NCBI GenBank assembly: GCA_963803705.1
Contig: CAWDNU010000001.1
Coordinates: 224,001 to 288,000 of the forward strand
Direction: 5' to 3'
DNA from: an uncultured Pseudobdellovibrionaceae bacterium
GTDB lineage: Bacteria; Bdellovibrionota; Bdellovibrionia; Bdellovibrionales; UBA1609
Length of the DNA stretch: 64,000 nucleotides
Shown here piece after piece: positions 22,113 through 33,752 of the stretch. Position 1 is the stretch's first letter. Every line of letters begins with the position of its first letter. The notes beneath the pieces were generated by a model. That model made no database searches. It had not been told where the DNA came from and saw only the letters and a list, made by a program, of their open reading frames with translations. A program made the position numbers and the translations under genes.

Positions 22113-22831
22113 TGGAAGAAAAAAACTTAATAGATCATCTGAAAGATTTACGATCGATGGTTATTTTCTCTATAGTTTACATAATAATTGGAATGATGAT
22201 TGCCTGGATATTTAAAGAACAATTGTTTGATATTATTAGAACACCAATTTCTCCGTATTTGAAAAACTCTGACGGCGGCTTAGTTTACACAAATATTACT
22301 GAAAATTTTGTTGCGTATATAAAAGTTTCTCTGATAGGCGGAATACTGATAAGCTGTCCTTTCTGGATGCATCAAATTTGGAGATTCGTTTCACCTGCCC
22401 TATATAAGAATGAGAAAAAATACGCAGCCTTGTTTATTTTCCTTGGTACTGTACTTTTTTTCGGTGGCGTTTGTTTTGCTTACTTTATCGTTTACCCTTT
22501 TATGTTCGATTTCTTATTCAGTTTCGGAAGTGGTAAAGATCAAGCAATGATAACTATAGGCGAGTACTTGGGGTTCTTTGTTAAGACAACAGTCTTATTT
22601 GGCTTTGCATTTGAAATGCCCCTTATCATTACGGTTCTGGGCGTGTTTGGGCTTGTTAGTTCAACTTTTTTAAAAGAAAGCCGTAGATATGCGGCCTTAT
22701 TTATATCTGTAGGCTCGGCCATTTTAACTCCACCAGACCCATTATCAATGCTGATGATGATGCTACCTTTGTATCTACTTTTCGAGCTTTCAATTTTAAG
22801 TGTGAGTTACTTAGAAACAAAAGAAACTTAG
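22109..22831 (+). CDS. tatC: Twin-arginine translocase TatC
   Basis: HLKDLR, QIWRFVSPALY..E, FEMP, LTPPDP motifs. Confidence 0.96.
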   Translation: MMEEKNLIDHLKDLRSMVIFSIVYIIIGMMIAWIFKEQLFDIIRTPISPYLKNSDGGLVYTNITENFVAYIKVSLIGGILISCPFWMHQIWRFVSPALYKNEKKYAALFIFLGTVLFFGGVCFAYFIVYPFMFDFLFSFGSGKDQAMITIGEYLGFFVKTTVLFGFAFEMPLIITVLGVFGLVSSTFLKESRRYAALFISVGSAILTPPDPLSMLMMMLPLYLLFELSILSVSYLETKET

Positions 22832-23547
22832 TTAGATCTGGCATTGAAAAAAACCTGAGTGTTGAAGTTACCCACCGGTTGAATGAATGACCCATAGAAA
22901 CCAGAAAAGTTTGCATTTATTGTGTAAGACTGGCTGGCTGGTACAATCTCTTCGCCGAAGTCTTGAAGTCCACCAATCAGTACAACTATGTTTGATAGAT
23001 TAGCAGCACTGTTATCGGGGCAACAGGAGCTAGTATCACCTTCAGGTTCAGAGGTGTTAGCTGCAGATTTACCCAATTCTGTGATCTTCGTGGTGTCCGC
23101 AGCTATATCTTCGCAGCTCCTAAAAGGTAGGCTATTAGGCTCTTTAAAATAGGTAACCTTATCCATGCAGTAACCTGCCTGAAAAGGAGGTATAATGGCA
23201 AAAAAAGCTTTGGGCGCTGGACGAAGGTTATTATCTTCGAAGGAAAACAAATTAGCAGCAGGATCAACTGGAACTACCTTTGTACCTTTGGGACCAGTAA
23301 CTGTAAGGGTAAGGCCTACGAGTGTCAGTGGATTTGGATTTCCCTGGTTATCAATTCTCAGTTGAAATGTAATACTGGGTTTTTCTATGGTTGTAAAATT
23401 ATCAACACCGAAAATAAACGTGCGGTCCACATTTAAAATAAATGGCTCAGTGGGTGCAATTGAAACTACGCTTACTCCATTACCGTCGCCACAATTGGCT
23501 ATCCAGGTTACCGAAAAAACTGCAATACATAGTCTTAAATAAAACAT
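22828..23547 (-). CDS. Hypothetical lipoprotein, beta-rich with Cys
   Basis: Signal peptide ending IANC; no recognisable family. Confidence 0.7.
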   Translation of the reverse strand: MFYLRLCIAVFSVTWIANCGDGNGVSVVSIAPTEPFILNVDRTFIFGVDNFTTIEKPSITFQLRIDNQGNPNPLTLVGLTLTVTGPKGTKVVPVDPAANLFSFEDNNLRPAPKAFFAIIPPFQAGYCMDKVTYFKEPNSLPFRSCEDIAADTTKITELGKSAANTSEPEGDTSSCCPDNSAANLSNIVVLIGGLQDFGEEIVPASQSYTINANFSGFYGSFIQPVGNFNTQVFFNARSN

Positions 23548-23574
23548 AATTTTACCCTTCTACCCATATTGTAC

Positions 23575-23601
23575 TTATCGGTTTATCTAAAATCAAATTG
23601 A
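23575..23601 (-). promoter_or_regulatory. Putative FliA (sigma28) promoter
   Basis: TCAATTTG-N11-ACCGATAA, 27 nt upstream of the ATG at 23547. Confidence 0.6.
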
Positions 23602-23732
23602 AGCAGTGGCTTCTGTGCTAGACTTTAGAACAGCTTTTAAAAAAGTAGAAATGTAAGATGAAGATTTTAGTGATTAGTATTTGATGCTAGTCGAAGAAAA
23701 AATTGCACTTCTGTAACTGTGTGATTGAAGTC

Positions 23733-24518
23733 TTAAAGTGGAACATCGGTATAAAATTCTGTGGAAATTTTTTCAGATAGACGATTCATAAGTCCTTTTC
23801 TCTCGCGTATTTCTGAAGACAGAAAATGGTCAACTTCAGTCAGTTTGAAACCAACGGATTTATTCATGAACTGCCTGAAGACGTGAGGTAAAAAACTTGC
23901 GTTTTCAAACCAAGCGATATTATCAACTTTATCTGCATCAGAAGTGGGAACTGAATTAAGTAAATTATATTTAAGACAATAAGCTGTGATTGGAATAGTT
24001 CCACTTTGTGCTATCTGTAAAAGTGACGATTTAAAAGGCCTAAGGGTAACACCATCACTAGTGGTAGCTTCAGGAAAAATCAGAACATTAAAACCTTTGC
24101 CTATCCAACTTTGGATAAGCTGAATTTCGTCTTTCATACTTTTATGTGATCTTCTATTTACGTATAAGCATTCACCAATTCGTGTTATCCAACCTAAAAA
24201 TGGGACGTCTCTCATTTCAGTAGAAGTAACAAATAAAGTGGGAAATTTTGAAGCAATAACCAATACATCCATATAAGACATATGATTACAGATCAGTAAG
24301 TTTCCCTTGGGTTTATTTTTTAGATCATAAATTCCATGATAACCAAAAATATACCGACACAAAAGTGAAGTCCACTGCGTGTTTCTTTGAGCTACTGTCT
24401 TTCTTATAAAAGGAGAGTAAAAAAATAAAATTTTATTTAAGATACCAAAGGTAAAAAAAAGAAGGATAAAAAAAGCTATTAAGGGCCCTTTCAAAAATAT
24501 TCTCAGAAGCTTAAACAT
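23733..24518 (-). CDS. Lysophospholipid acyltransferase (PlsC/OlsA-like)
   Basis: NHMSYMD (HX4D) and FPEATT motifs. Confidence 0.88.
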   Translation of the reverse strand: MFKLLRIFLKGPLIAFFILLFFTFGILNKILFFYSPFIRKTVAQRNTQWTSLLCRYIFGYHGIYDLKNKPKGNLLICNHMSYMDVLVIASKFPTLFVTSTEMRDVPFLGWITRIGECLYVNRRSHKSMKDEIQLIQSWIGKGFNVLIFPEATTSDGVTLRPFKSSLLQIAQSGTIPITAYCLKYNLLNSVPTSDADKVDNIAWFENASFLPHVFRQFMNKSVGFKLTEVDHFLSSEIRERKGLMNRLSEKISTEFYTDVPL

Positions 24519-24528
24519 AAGACGCTAA

Positions 24529-25788
24529 TTATTTGAGTGCAGAGAAGGCCATGTCAATATCATTTTTCAAGTCTTCAATATTTTCAAGACCTATACTCAT
24601 TCGAATTAAAAAAGGCGAGATACCGCTTGAGTCTTTCGAATCTTGATCCAGTCCAGAGTGAGTCATGTAATTAGGAAGCTCGATTAAAGTTTTAGTAAGA
24701 CCTAGACTGACAGCTAACGTTATACAATAAGAGTTTTGAGCTAAATAGTTTACAAAAGGAATAGTGTCTTTGTCAGAATTTTTAAGTTTAAAAGCTATCA
24801 TGTACCCGGGACTAAATTCTCCATTTGCATTTTTTAAAACTTGTTTAGCTATTCGAAAGTACTCAAAGCTTTCTAACCCAGGATAACTCACAAATTCAAT
24901 TTCCGTTCTTTCACTTAAATACTTTGAAAGTTCATTGGCAGTCTCTTGCTGCTTTTGATACCTTAGAAGCAAGGTAGGTAATCCATGAGTATTTATATCC
25001 CAAGCGGCTTTAGGGTGAAGTACTGCACCAAAATCTTTACGAGCTAATTTTAACAAGCTTTCGTACTTTTTTGAGGTCATCACGGCGCCACCCATTTCTG
25101 TTCCAAACCCTGAAATATTCTTAGTCAGACTTTGGATTACAAAGTCGGCCCCAAGGCTAGAGGGTTGGCAACCGCATGGAGTGGCAAAAGTGTTATCAAC
25201 AATGATTACAATCTTTTGTTCTTCAGTTCTTTTTAAATTCTCTTTATCCACTACAGTTTTAATGAGCGGTAAATCGATAACTTCCAAAGTTGGGTTTGAG
25301 ACTGATTCCAAATAAATTATCCGCGTGCTATCCGTAATCATTTCCGCGTTAAACTTAGTAAGATCTTTAAATCGACCATTAATATTAAATTTAGGTAGCC
25401 AATTTTTTATGAAGCTAAAGCTACAACCGTAGATGGTCTGGTGACTTAATATATCATCTCCAGATTTTGACAGCGCAAGTAGGGTAGATGCAATTGCGCC
25501 CATTCCAGTGCTGAAAGTGATAGCTGTTTCGGTGTCTTCAGCGTCAGCGAGTTGTTTTTCTAACATTAAAGTATTCGGCTCATCTAATCTATCATAAACC
25601 CAAATTGGACCTTCATTAAACTTTTCTGATCCAAAATTAGAAAAACCCTCTGCGCCTCTTTCAACTGAACCAAGTCTAAAAGTTGTGCTCGCAGATATTG
25701 GTGGTATCAACGACTTAGAAAAATCCCAAGCCATACTGTTTGCCTCACCATGAATCATTTTAGTTTCAAAAGATAATTTTTTACTCAT
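24529..25788 (-). CDS. PLP-dependent Cys/Met metabolism enzyme (methionine gamma-lyase-like)
   Basis: FSTGMGAI, ESVSNP, VDNTFATP, SLTK (PLP Lys), AVSLG, RMSIGLE motifs. Confidence 0.88.
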   Translation of the reverse strand: MSKKLSFETKMIHGEANSMAWDFSKSLIPPISASTTFRLGSVERGAEGFSNFGSEKFNEGPIWVYDRLDEPNTLMLEKQLADAEDTETAITFSTGMGAIASTLLALSKSGDDILSHQTIYGCSFSFIKNWLPKFNINGRFKDLTKFNAEMITDSTRIIYLESVSNPTLEVIDLPLIKTVVDKENLKRTEEQKIVIIVDNTFATPCGCQPSSLGADFVIQSLTKNISGFGTEMGGAVMTSKKYESLLKLARKDFGAVLHPKAAWDINTHGLPTLLLRYQKQQETANELSKYLSERTEIEFVSYPGLESFEYFRIAKQVLKNANGEFSPGYMIAFKLKNSDKDTIPFVNYLAQNSYCITLAVSLGLTKTLIELPNYMTHSGLDQDSKDSSGISPFLIRMSIGLENIEDLKNDIDMAFSALK

Positions 25789-25800
25789 AATATCCTCCTA

Positions 25801-26050
25801 TCGCCCAAGTCTTTATAGTTTCACTTTGAGGGCTCCTCGCCCAAGTCTTTATAGTTTCACTTTGAGGGCTCCTCGCCCAAGTCTTTATAGTTTCACTTTG
25901 AGGGCTCTTCGCCCAAGTCTTTATAGTTTCACTTTGAGGGCTCTTCGCCCAAGTCTTTATAGTTTCACTTTGAGGGCTCCTCGCCCTCGGCTTAACAGTT
26001 ACACTTTGATGGCTTTCCACCCAAGGCTCACAGTTCACTTTGAAGGCTTT
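25801..26050 (-). repeat. 36-bp tandem array C (5 near-identical copies plus 2 degenerate)
   Basis: Plus-strand unit TCGCCCAAGTCTTTATAGTTTCACTTTGAGGGCTC(C/T); abuts the RBS of the PLP-enzyme gene. Confidence 0.97.
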
Positions 26051-26250
26051 TATAAGTTCATAGATACGAAATCTGGTGTTTTTTCAACATATTAAACCTA
26101 AGGGTTCAATAAATTCGTTTTTAGAAGTAAAATAATTATCAGCAAAGGCTAAATCTCTGTTTAGAACAAATTTTAACTCCAGAAGGCAGACTTTGAAGCC
26201 TCGAAAATAAAACTGTTAAATAAAGAGTGTATAAGGAGCTAATACTGAAT

Positions 26251-27657
26251 ATGAGTGCTGTGTCAGGGTCCTTAAAAACAACTGTGATTGTAAGCGATTT
26301 GCATCTTTGTGAAGCTGAACCCGTGAACCCCAAAAGGCCATATTGGAAAAAATATAAGACGGCGCAATTTTTCTTTGATGACGAGTTCGAATCTCTACTT
26401 TTGCATATTCAAAAGGTTCATAAAAACCAACAGCTAGAACTGATTTTAAATGGTGATATTTTCGATTTTGATAGCGTAATGTCCTTACCAGAAAACCCTT
26501 CTTTTCGAGTCAATTGGTTAGAAAAATGCAGAGGGCTTTTCCCAGAAGAAGATAAATCCGAATTTAAAATAAAAAAAATTTTAGAGGTTCACCCAAAATT
26601 TGTTAGTGCTTTATCACTGTTTATCAAACAAGGCCATGAAGTTGTTTTTATTATTGGAAATCACGATGTAGAATTACATTTTCACAAGGTACAAAAAGCC
26701 TTAGAAGACGCGCTTCAATTAGAAGATAATGAAATTGACCGTTTTAGAGTCTGCGAGTTTTTTTATATCAGCGAAAGTGACACATTAGTAGAACACGGTA
26801 ACCAGTATGATCCATTTTGTATGGTTGAAAGCCCAGTTCGTCCATTTATTATCAAGAATGAAAGGCAACAGGTTAGAATACCATTTGGTGATTTGGCCAC
26901 TCGATATTTAATAAATGGAATGGGTTATTTCAACCCTCATTCTGAAAGCAATTTTATAATGTCAGCCTATGAATATGCTACATTTTTTTTGAAATACATG
27001 CTGAAAACTCAGCCTCTGATTGTTTTCACATGGCTTTGGAGTTCTATAATAATACTGTACAACTCTGTGGCTGATAAACTGGCGCCGCCAGTGAATGACC
27101 CGTTAACTTACGAAACAAAAATAGAAGAGATAGCATATAAGGCTAACGCGAAACCAAGAATGGTAAGGGAAATGTTACAGTTGGCTGTATCCCCAGCGAC
27201 AAGTTCGCCGCTACTAATTGCAAAAGAACTTTGGTTAGACAGAGCATTCTTGTTTTTAATTGGCTTCCTTATTTTAGTTCAGATATTTTTTATAATTGGT
27301 CAGCTATACAATATCTCTTTTTATTGGGTGCTCTTTGTGTATATGCTCTTTTTACCTTTCTTTGTTTTCTATTCTAGAACTATAACCTCAGATATTCAGA
27401 AATATAAAGAACCCAGGGAAAAGACACTGACATTATCCAGTTTGATTACAGGTGTTAAAAGAGTTGTTTATGGGCACACCCACCACGCGCTGCACGAAAT
27501 AATCGGGCCAGTTGAGCATTTAAATTCAGGAACTTGGTCACCCAATTTTAAAGATGTAGAATGCAAAATTCAAAATACGAAGAGAAATTATATTTTAATT
27601 CAACCTAACGACAGTTTAGACGGTAGAAATGCAAGCTTAGAGGTGTGGGAAGAATAA
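26251..27657 (+). CDS. Calcineurin-like metallophosphoesterase with two TM helices
   Basis: SDLH, NGDIFD, GNHD, EHG and GHTH motifs; AAGGAG upstream of the ATG at 26251. Confidence 0.85.
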   Translation: MSAVSGSLKTTVIVSDLHLCEAEPVNPKRPYWKKYKTAQFFFDDEFESLLLHIQKVHKNQQLELILNGDIFDFDSVMSLPENPSFRVNWLEKCRGLFPEEDKSEFKIKKILEVHPKFVSALSLFIKQGHEVVFIIGNHDVELHFHKVQKALEDALQLEDNEIDRFRVCEFFYISESDTLVEHGNQYDPFCMVESPVRPFIIKNERQQVRIPFGDLATRYLINGMGYFNPHSESNFIMSAYEYATFFLKYMLKTQPLIVFTWLWSSIIILYNSVADKLAPPVNDPLTYETKIEEIAYKANAKPRMVREMLQLAVSPATSSPLLIAKELWLDRAFLFLIGFLILVQIFFIIGQLYNISFYWVLFVYMLFLPFFVFYSRTITSDIQKYKEPREKTLTLSSLITGVKRVVYGHTHHALHEIIGPVEHLNSGTWSPNFKDVECKIQNTKRNYILIQPNDSLDGRNASLEVWEE

Positions 27658-27770
27658 TTCGAATTCCGACTGAAAGCATCTAAGAAAAAGTTAATATTTC
27701 AGCTTATATCTATAAATCACTAACATTATTAGTTTTTTACATCCTTCATTTTAAGCAACTAAATTAAAAA

Positions 27771-27800
27771 TCAAAATAAATCAAAATAAATCAAAATAAA
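27771..27800 (+). repeat. 10-bp tandem repeat (TCAAAATAAA)x3, phased A-tracts
   Basis: Read directly; degenerate A-tracts on both flanks. Confidence 0.9.
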
Positions 27801-27868
27801 TAAAAATTTGTCTGGAATATGGCACCACTTAACACGTATGATAGGGACAGAATTCAATAGGAGGATTT

Positions 27869-28063
27869 ATGGCTGATGTTTTAGTCGTTACAAGTAAAGT
27901 GAAAAAATACATAAAAGAAAAAAGTGGATGCAATACATCCTCAGAAACTATAGAAACTCTAAGCAAAGCTGTCGAACAACTTTGCCACCGCGGTGTCGAA
28001 TCAGCAAAGGCTGACGGACGAAAAACCGTCATGGCCAGAGATATCGTTATCGATCATCTTTAA
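27869..28063 (+). CDS. Bacterial histone (Bd0055/HBb-like histone fold)
   Basis: VLVVTSKVKK.IKEK...NTS.ETI..LSKA.EQLC..GVESAKADGRKTVMARDIVIDHL; RKTV..RD histone-fold signature; AGGAGG RBS. Confidence 0.93.
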   Translation: MADVLVVTSKVKKYIKEKSGCNTSSETIETLSKAVEQLCHRGVESAKADGRKTVMARDIVIDHL

Positions 28064-28091
28064 ACCATTTTAATAAATTAAAATTTCACAT

Positions 28092-28118
28092 AAGGCTCTT
28101 TACGAAGAGCCTTTCTTA
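28092..28118 (+). terminator. Intrinsic terminator after the histone gene
   Basis: AAGGCTCTT-TACG-AAGAGCCTT followed by T-rich sequence. Confidence 0.75.
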
Positions 28119-28168
28119 ATCTGTAAGGCCCACTTAATCTAAATTATTTTAGCTTAATAGAAAGTGAT

Positions 28169-30274
<2,106 letters not shown>

Positions 30275-30323
30275 CTAAATATAACTGAAATATCGTAAAA
30301 GTCTTCAAAACTAATGATTTATA

Positions 30324-30448
30324 GCAGCGTCACTGCAGGTGAAGGTGTGGAACCTGATTGAAGCTTCACCGCAGGTGAAGGTGTGGAACCTGATTGGAGC
30401 TTCACCGCAGGTGAAGGTGTGGAACCTGATTGGAGCTTCACCGCAGGT
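30324..30448 (+). repeat. 36-bp tandem array A (3 units plus a partial)
   Basis: Unit GGAGCTTCACCGCAGGTGAAGGTGTGGAACCTGATT; first unit degenerate. Confidence 0.97.
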
Positions 30449-30555
30449 AAGCTCTGTACAGCTTACTCAACTCTGCGCTTGTCGTTGAGGCTTTTCTTTG
30501 CTTGGATTTTAGTCTAAAAACAGATAGAAAGAAAACCTCTCTAAAGGGGGTCTAA

Positions 30556-30846
30556 GTGAAAATAGATGTAGATAATGTTGCAGCCTTAGCAAGGCTAAAA
30601 ATGGATTCAAATCAGAAAAAAGATTTCGAAAATCAATTTGAAAAAATACTAGAATATTTTTCGAAACTGCAGGCGATAAAGACGGATGAGGTTGAGCCAC
30701 TAGTGACTCCTTTTGAAACCCATCAAAACTTAAGGTCCGATGAAGTTGAAGACTTCAGTCAATTTTCAAATGCAGTTCTTGAGGCCTCAGAATTTAAAAA
30801 GGACCGTCTTTTTATGGTTCCCCCAGTCGTTGGGGGGGAATCATGA
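30556..30846 (+). CDS. gatC: Asp/Glu-tRNA amidotransferase subunit C
   Basis: VAALARL...VEPL...LRSD...F.VP.V; precedes gatA. Confidence 0.93.
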   Translation: MKIDVDNVAALARLKMDSNQKKDFENQFEKILEYFSKLQAIKTDEVEPLVTPFETHQNLRSDEVEDFSQFSNAVLEASEFKKDRLFMVPPVVGGES

Positions 30847-32315
30847 ATGTTGAAAAACTAGGTCTTTACGAGCTCTCAAAGAAACTTGAATCAAAAAAGA
30901 TCTCATCTGAAGAGCTTACGCGCGAGTATTTAAAGCGCATCGAAAAGATTGATCCAAAGTTAAATTCATTTTTGAATATTAACGAAGATGCTATAACGAT
31001 TTCAAAAAAAGCGGACGACCTACGCTTCAAAGGCGAATTCACTAGCCCAATGTTGGGTTTGCCTTTCGCTGCAAAAGATATGTTTTGCACTAAAGGTATA
31101 AAAACCACTGCCGCCTCTAAAATTCTTTCTAATTTTACTCCACCTTACTCTGCTACAGTCATAAAGAAGCTAGAAGATCAAGGTATGGTTCTACTAGGCA
31201 AGACAAATTTAGATGAATTTGCTATGGGATCAAGTAACGAAACTTCTGCTTTTGGACCTGTCAGAAACCCATGGGACACCGATTACGTACCTGGTGGTTC
31301 AAGCGGGGGCTCAGCATCGGCAGTGTCTGCAAGGCTAGCACCATTAGCTCTAGGAACAGATACCGGCGGTTCCATTAGGCAGCCAGCCCACTTTTGTGGA
31401 GTCGTGGGTGTGAAACCTACTTACGGTAGAATCAGCCGGTACGGTGTGGTTTCTTTTGCTTCAAGTTTAGACCAAGCGGGACCTATGACTTTAAAAGTGA
31501 AAGACGCAGCTCTAGCTTTGGAATTTATGTCAGGATACGACGTTTCTGATAGCACTTCGGCTAAAAAAAATGTTCCTAGTTGGTCAAAAGATATCTCAAC
31601 TGAACTTAAAGGTTTAAAAGTAGGTCTTGTTAAGCAGTACATGGAGCAAGACCTAGATCCTGAAGTTAAAAAAGCGTGGGAGATATCTAAACAGGCACTA
31701 ACTGAAAAAGGCGCTCAATTCATTGAAGTTGATATCTCTTTGTCCGAGCATGCGATTCCAGTTTATTATCTTGTAGCGACAAGCGAAGCGTCCAGCAACC
31801 TTTCAAGGTACGATGGCATCCGTTACGGCGTTAGGTCCAATTTTAAAGAGTTACCTCCTGAAAGTTTGGACGATTTCTACGCTCGCTCCAGGGGTGAAGG
31901 TTTTGGTGAAGAAGTAAAAAGGCGTATTCTTTTAGGGACTTTTTCTTTATCTGCAGGATATTTTGATGCTTATTATATCAAAGCTTGCCAGGTGCGAAGG
32001 TTACTACAACAGCAATATTTAGACGCTTTTAAGCAGTGTGATATTTTGCTATCGCCCGTAGCGGCTTCCTCGGCATTTAAGATTGGCGAGAAAGTCGATG
32101 ATCCTTTAAAAATGTTTTTGAACGATTTTTTCACGACGGCTACGAACCTTTGCGGCTTACCAGGCATGACCGTGCCAATAATGAAAAACAAATCTAACTT
32201 ACCTGTGGGCATTCAATTAACTAGCAAACCTTTTGATGAGCAAACTATGTTCAATGCTGGTCAAGCGCTAGAAGAAAAGTTTGAGTTTTATAAGGAGTTA
32301 CCAAATGGGATTTAG
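30843..32315 (+). CDS. gatA: Asp/Glu-tRNA amidotransferase subunit A
   Basis: Amidase signature GGSSGGSA, GTDTGGSIRQPA; SSNLSRYDG. Confidence 0.97.
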   Translation: MNVEKLGLYELSKKLESKKISSEELTREYLKRIEKIDPKLNSFLNINEDAITISKKADDLRFKGEFTSPMLGLPFAAKDMFCTKGIKTTAASKILSNFTPPYSATVIKKLEDQGMVLLGKTNLDEFAMGSSNETSAFGPVRNPWDTDYVPGGSSGGSASAVSARLAPLALGTDTGGSIRQPAHFCGVVGVKPTYGRISRYGVVSFASSLDQAGPMTLKVKDAALALEFMSGYDVSDSTSAKKNVPSWSKDISTELKGLKVGLVKQYMEQDLDPEVKKAWEISKQALTEKGAQFIEVDISLSEHAIPVYYLVATSEASSNLSRYDGIRYGVRSNFKELPPESLDDFYARSRGEGFGEEVKRRILLGTFSLSAGYFDAYYIKACQVRRLLQQQYLDAFKQCDILLSPVAASSAFKIGEKVDDPLKMFLNDFFTTATNLCGLPGMTVPIMKNKSNLPVGIQLTSKPFDEQTMFNAGQALEEKFEFYKELPNGI

Positions 32316-33747
32316 TGTACCAAGTGGATGGAAAGCGGTTATTGGATTAGAGATACATGCGCAACTGGCGACAAAGTCTAAAATGTTTTCGAAAGACTCA
32401 ACCAAATTTGGAGCCAAAGACAATTTAAATGTTTCACCAGTTAGCCTAGGTATGCCCGGTGCTTTGCCAGTGGTAAATAAAAAAGCCATTGAATATTCAA
32501 TAAAAGCAGGGTTGGCTTTAGGTTGTAAAATCCGAGACAATTCTGTGTTTGCACGGAAGCACTACTTTTATCCAGATTTGGCTAAGGGCTATCAAATTTC
32601 TCAGTATGACTTACCCATTTGCTATGACGGTGAGATCGAATTTTTAGTTAATGGTAAAAAGAAAAAAGTTTATATTGAACGTGCTCACATGGAAGAAGAC
32701 GCAGGTAAGTCTATCCATGATGGCGCTCTAAGTTTGATCAACTACAACAGAAGTAGCGTTCCACTTTTAGAAATCGTGTCTGGTCCTGATATGTCACTAC
32801 CTGAAGAGGCTGCTGAGTACACCCGAACCATTAGGGGCATATTGCAGTATTTAGAGGTTTGTGATGGAAATTTAGAAGAAGGCTCTTTACGTTGTGATTG
32901 TAACGTTAGCGTGATGAAAGAGACCGAGACCAAATTAAGAACTCGCGTAGAGATTAAAAATATCAATTCATTTAGATTTATTGAAAAAGCTGTGGAGTAT
33001 GAAATTCTTAGACAGATTGACACCTATGAAGACGGCGGAAGCATATTTCAAGAAACTCGCCTATTTGATTCCGCCAAAAATAGGACTTTTACTATGAGAA
33101 GTAAAGAAGAGGCAAAAGACTATAGATACTTTCGGGATCCTGATTTATTACCAGTTAAAATTGAAGCTAGCTGGATTGAAGAAATTAGAAATAGTTTACC
33201 AGAGCTTCCTCAGCAAAGAGCAGTAAGGTTTCAAACTGAACTAGGCCTGCCAGAATATGACTCTTTGGTTTTAACTCAAGAAAAAAAAATGGCAGACTAT
33301 TTTGAAGCAGTAGTGAAAAAGTGTGAGTCTGCTAAAACTGCTTCAAATTGGATTATGGGCGAGCTATTAAAAAGCTTAAATGAGGCAAAAGTTGAATTCG
33401 AGCAAAATCCAATTCCTGCTGAATACTTAGCTGAACTAATTATTGCCATAGAAAACGAAACCATATCTGGAAAGATGGCCAAAGATGTCTTTGCGGAAAT
33501 GTGGAAAAGCTCCAAAGCACCAAAATCAATTATTGCTGAACAGGGTATGTCTCAAATCACTGATCCAGCTGCGATTGAAAAAGTTGTCTTGGATGTGGTG
33601 AATGCCAACCAAGGTCAAGTCGAGCAATACAAGGCAGGAAAAAACAAATTATTTGGCTTTTTTGTTGGCCAAGTGATGAAACAATCTAAAGGCCAAGCGA
33701 ATCCAGATCTGGTAAACCAAATCTTAAAAAAAGTGTTGGATACTTAG
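32305..33747 (+). CDS. gatB: Asp/Glu-tRNA amidotransferase subunit B
   Basis: IGLEIHAQL, YFYPDL.KGYQISQ, RCDCNVS; AAGGAG before the ATG at 32305. Confidence 0.97.
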   Translation: MGFSVPSGWKAVIGLEIHAQLATKSKMFSKDSTKFGAKDNLNVSPVSLGMPGALPVVNKKAIEYSIKAGLALGCKIRDNSVFARKHYFYPDLAKGYQISQYDLPICYDGEIEFLVNGKKKKVYIERAHMEEDAGKSIHDGALSLINYNRSSVPLLEIVSGPDMSLPEEAAEYTRTIRGILQYLEVCDGNLEEGSLRCDCNVSVMKETETKLRTRVEIKNINSFRFIEKAVEYEILRQIDTYEDGGSIFQETRLFDSAKNRTFTMRSKEEAKDYRYFRDPDLLPVKIEASWIEEIRNSLPELPQQRAVRFQTELGLPEYDSLVLTQEKKMADYFEAVVKKCESAKTASNWIMGELLKSLNEAKVEFEQNPIPAEYLAELIIAIENETISGKMAKDVFAEMWKSSKAPKSIIAEQGMSQITDPAAIEKVVLDVVNANQGQVEQYKAGKNKLFGFFVGQVMKQSKGQANPDLVNQILKKVLDT

Positions 33748-33752
33748 TTTAC

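Noticed and set aside
25781..26095. Repetitive ORFs 25781-26038 and 25826-26095
   Set aside because: Artefacts of a stop-free repeat whose period is a multiple of 3; open on both strands
30352..30431. Hammerhead ribozyme resemblance (CTGAT...hairpin...GGAAC)
   Set aside because: The core CUGANGA and GAAA are not matched, and stems I and III cannot be formed
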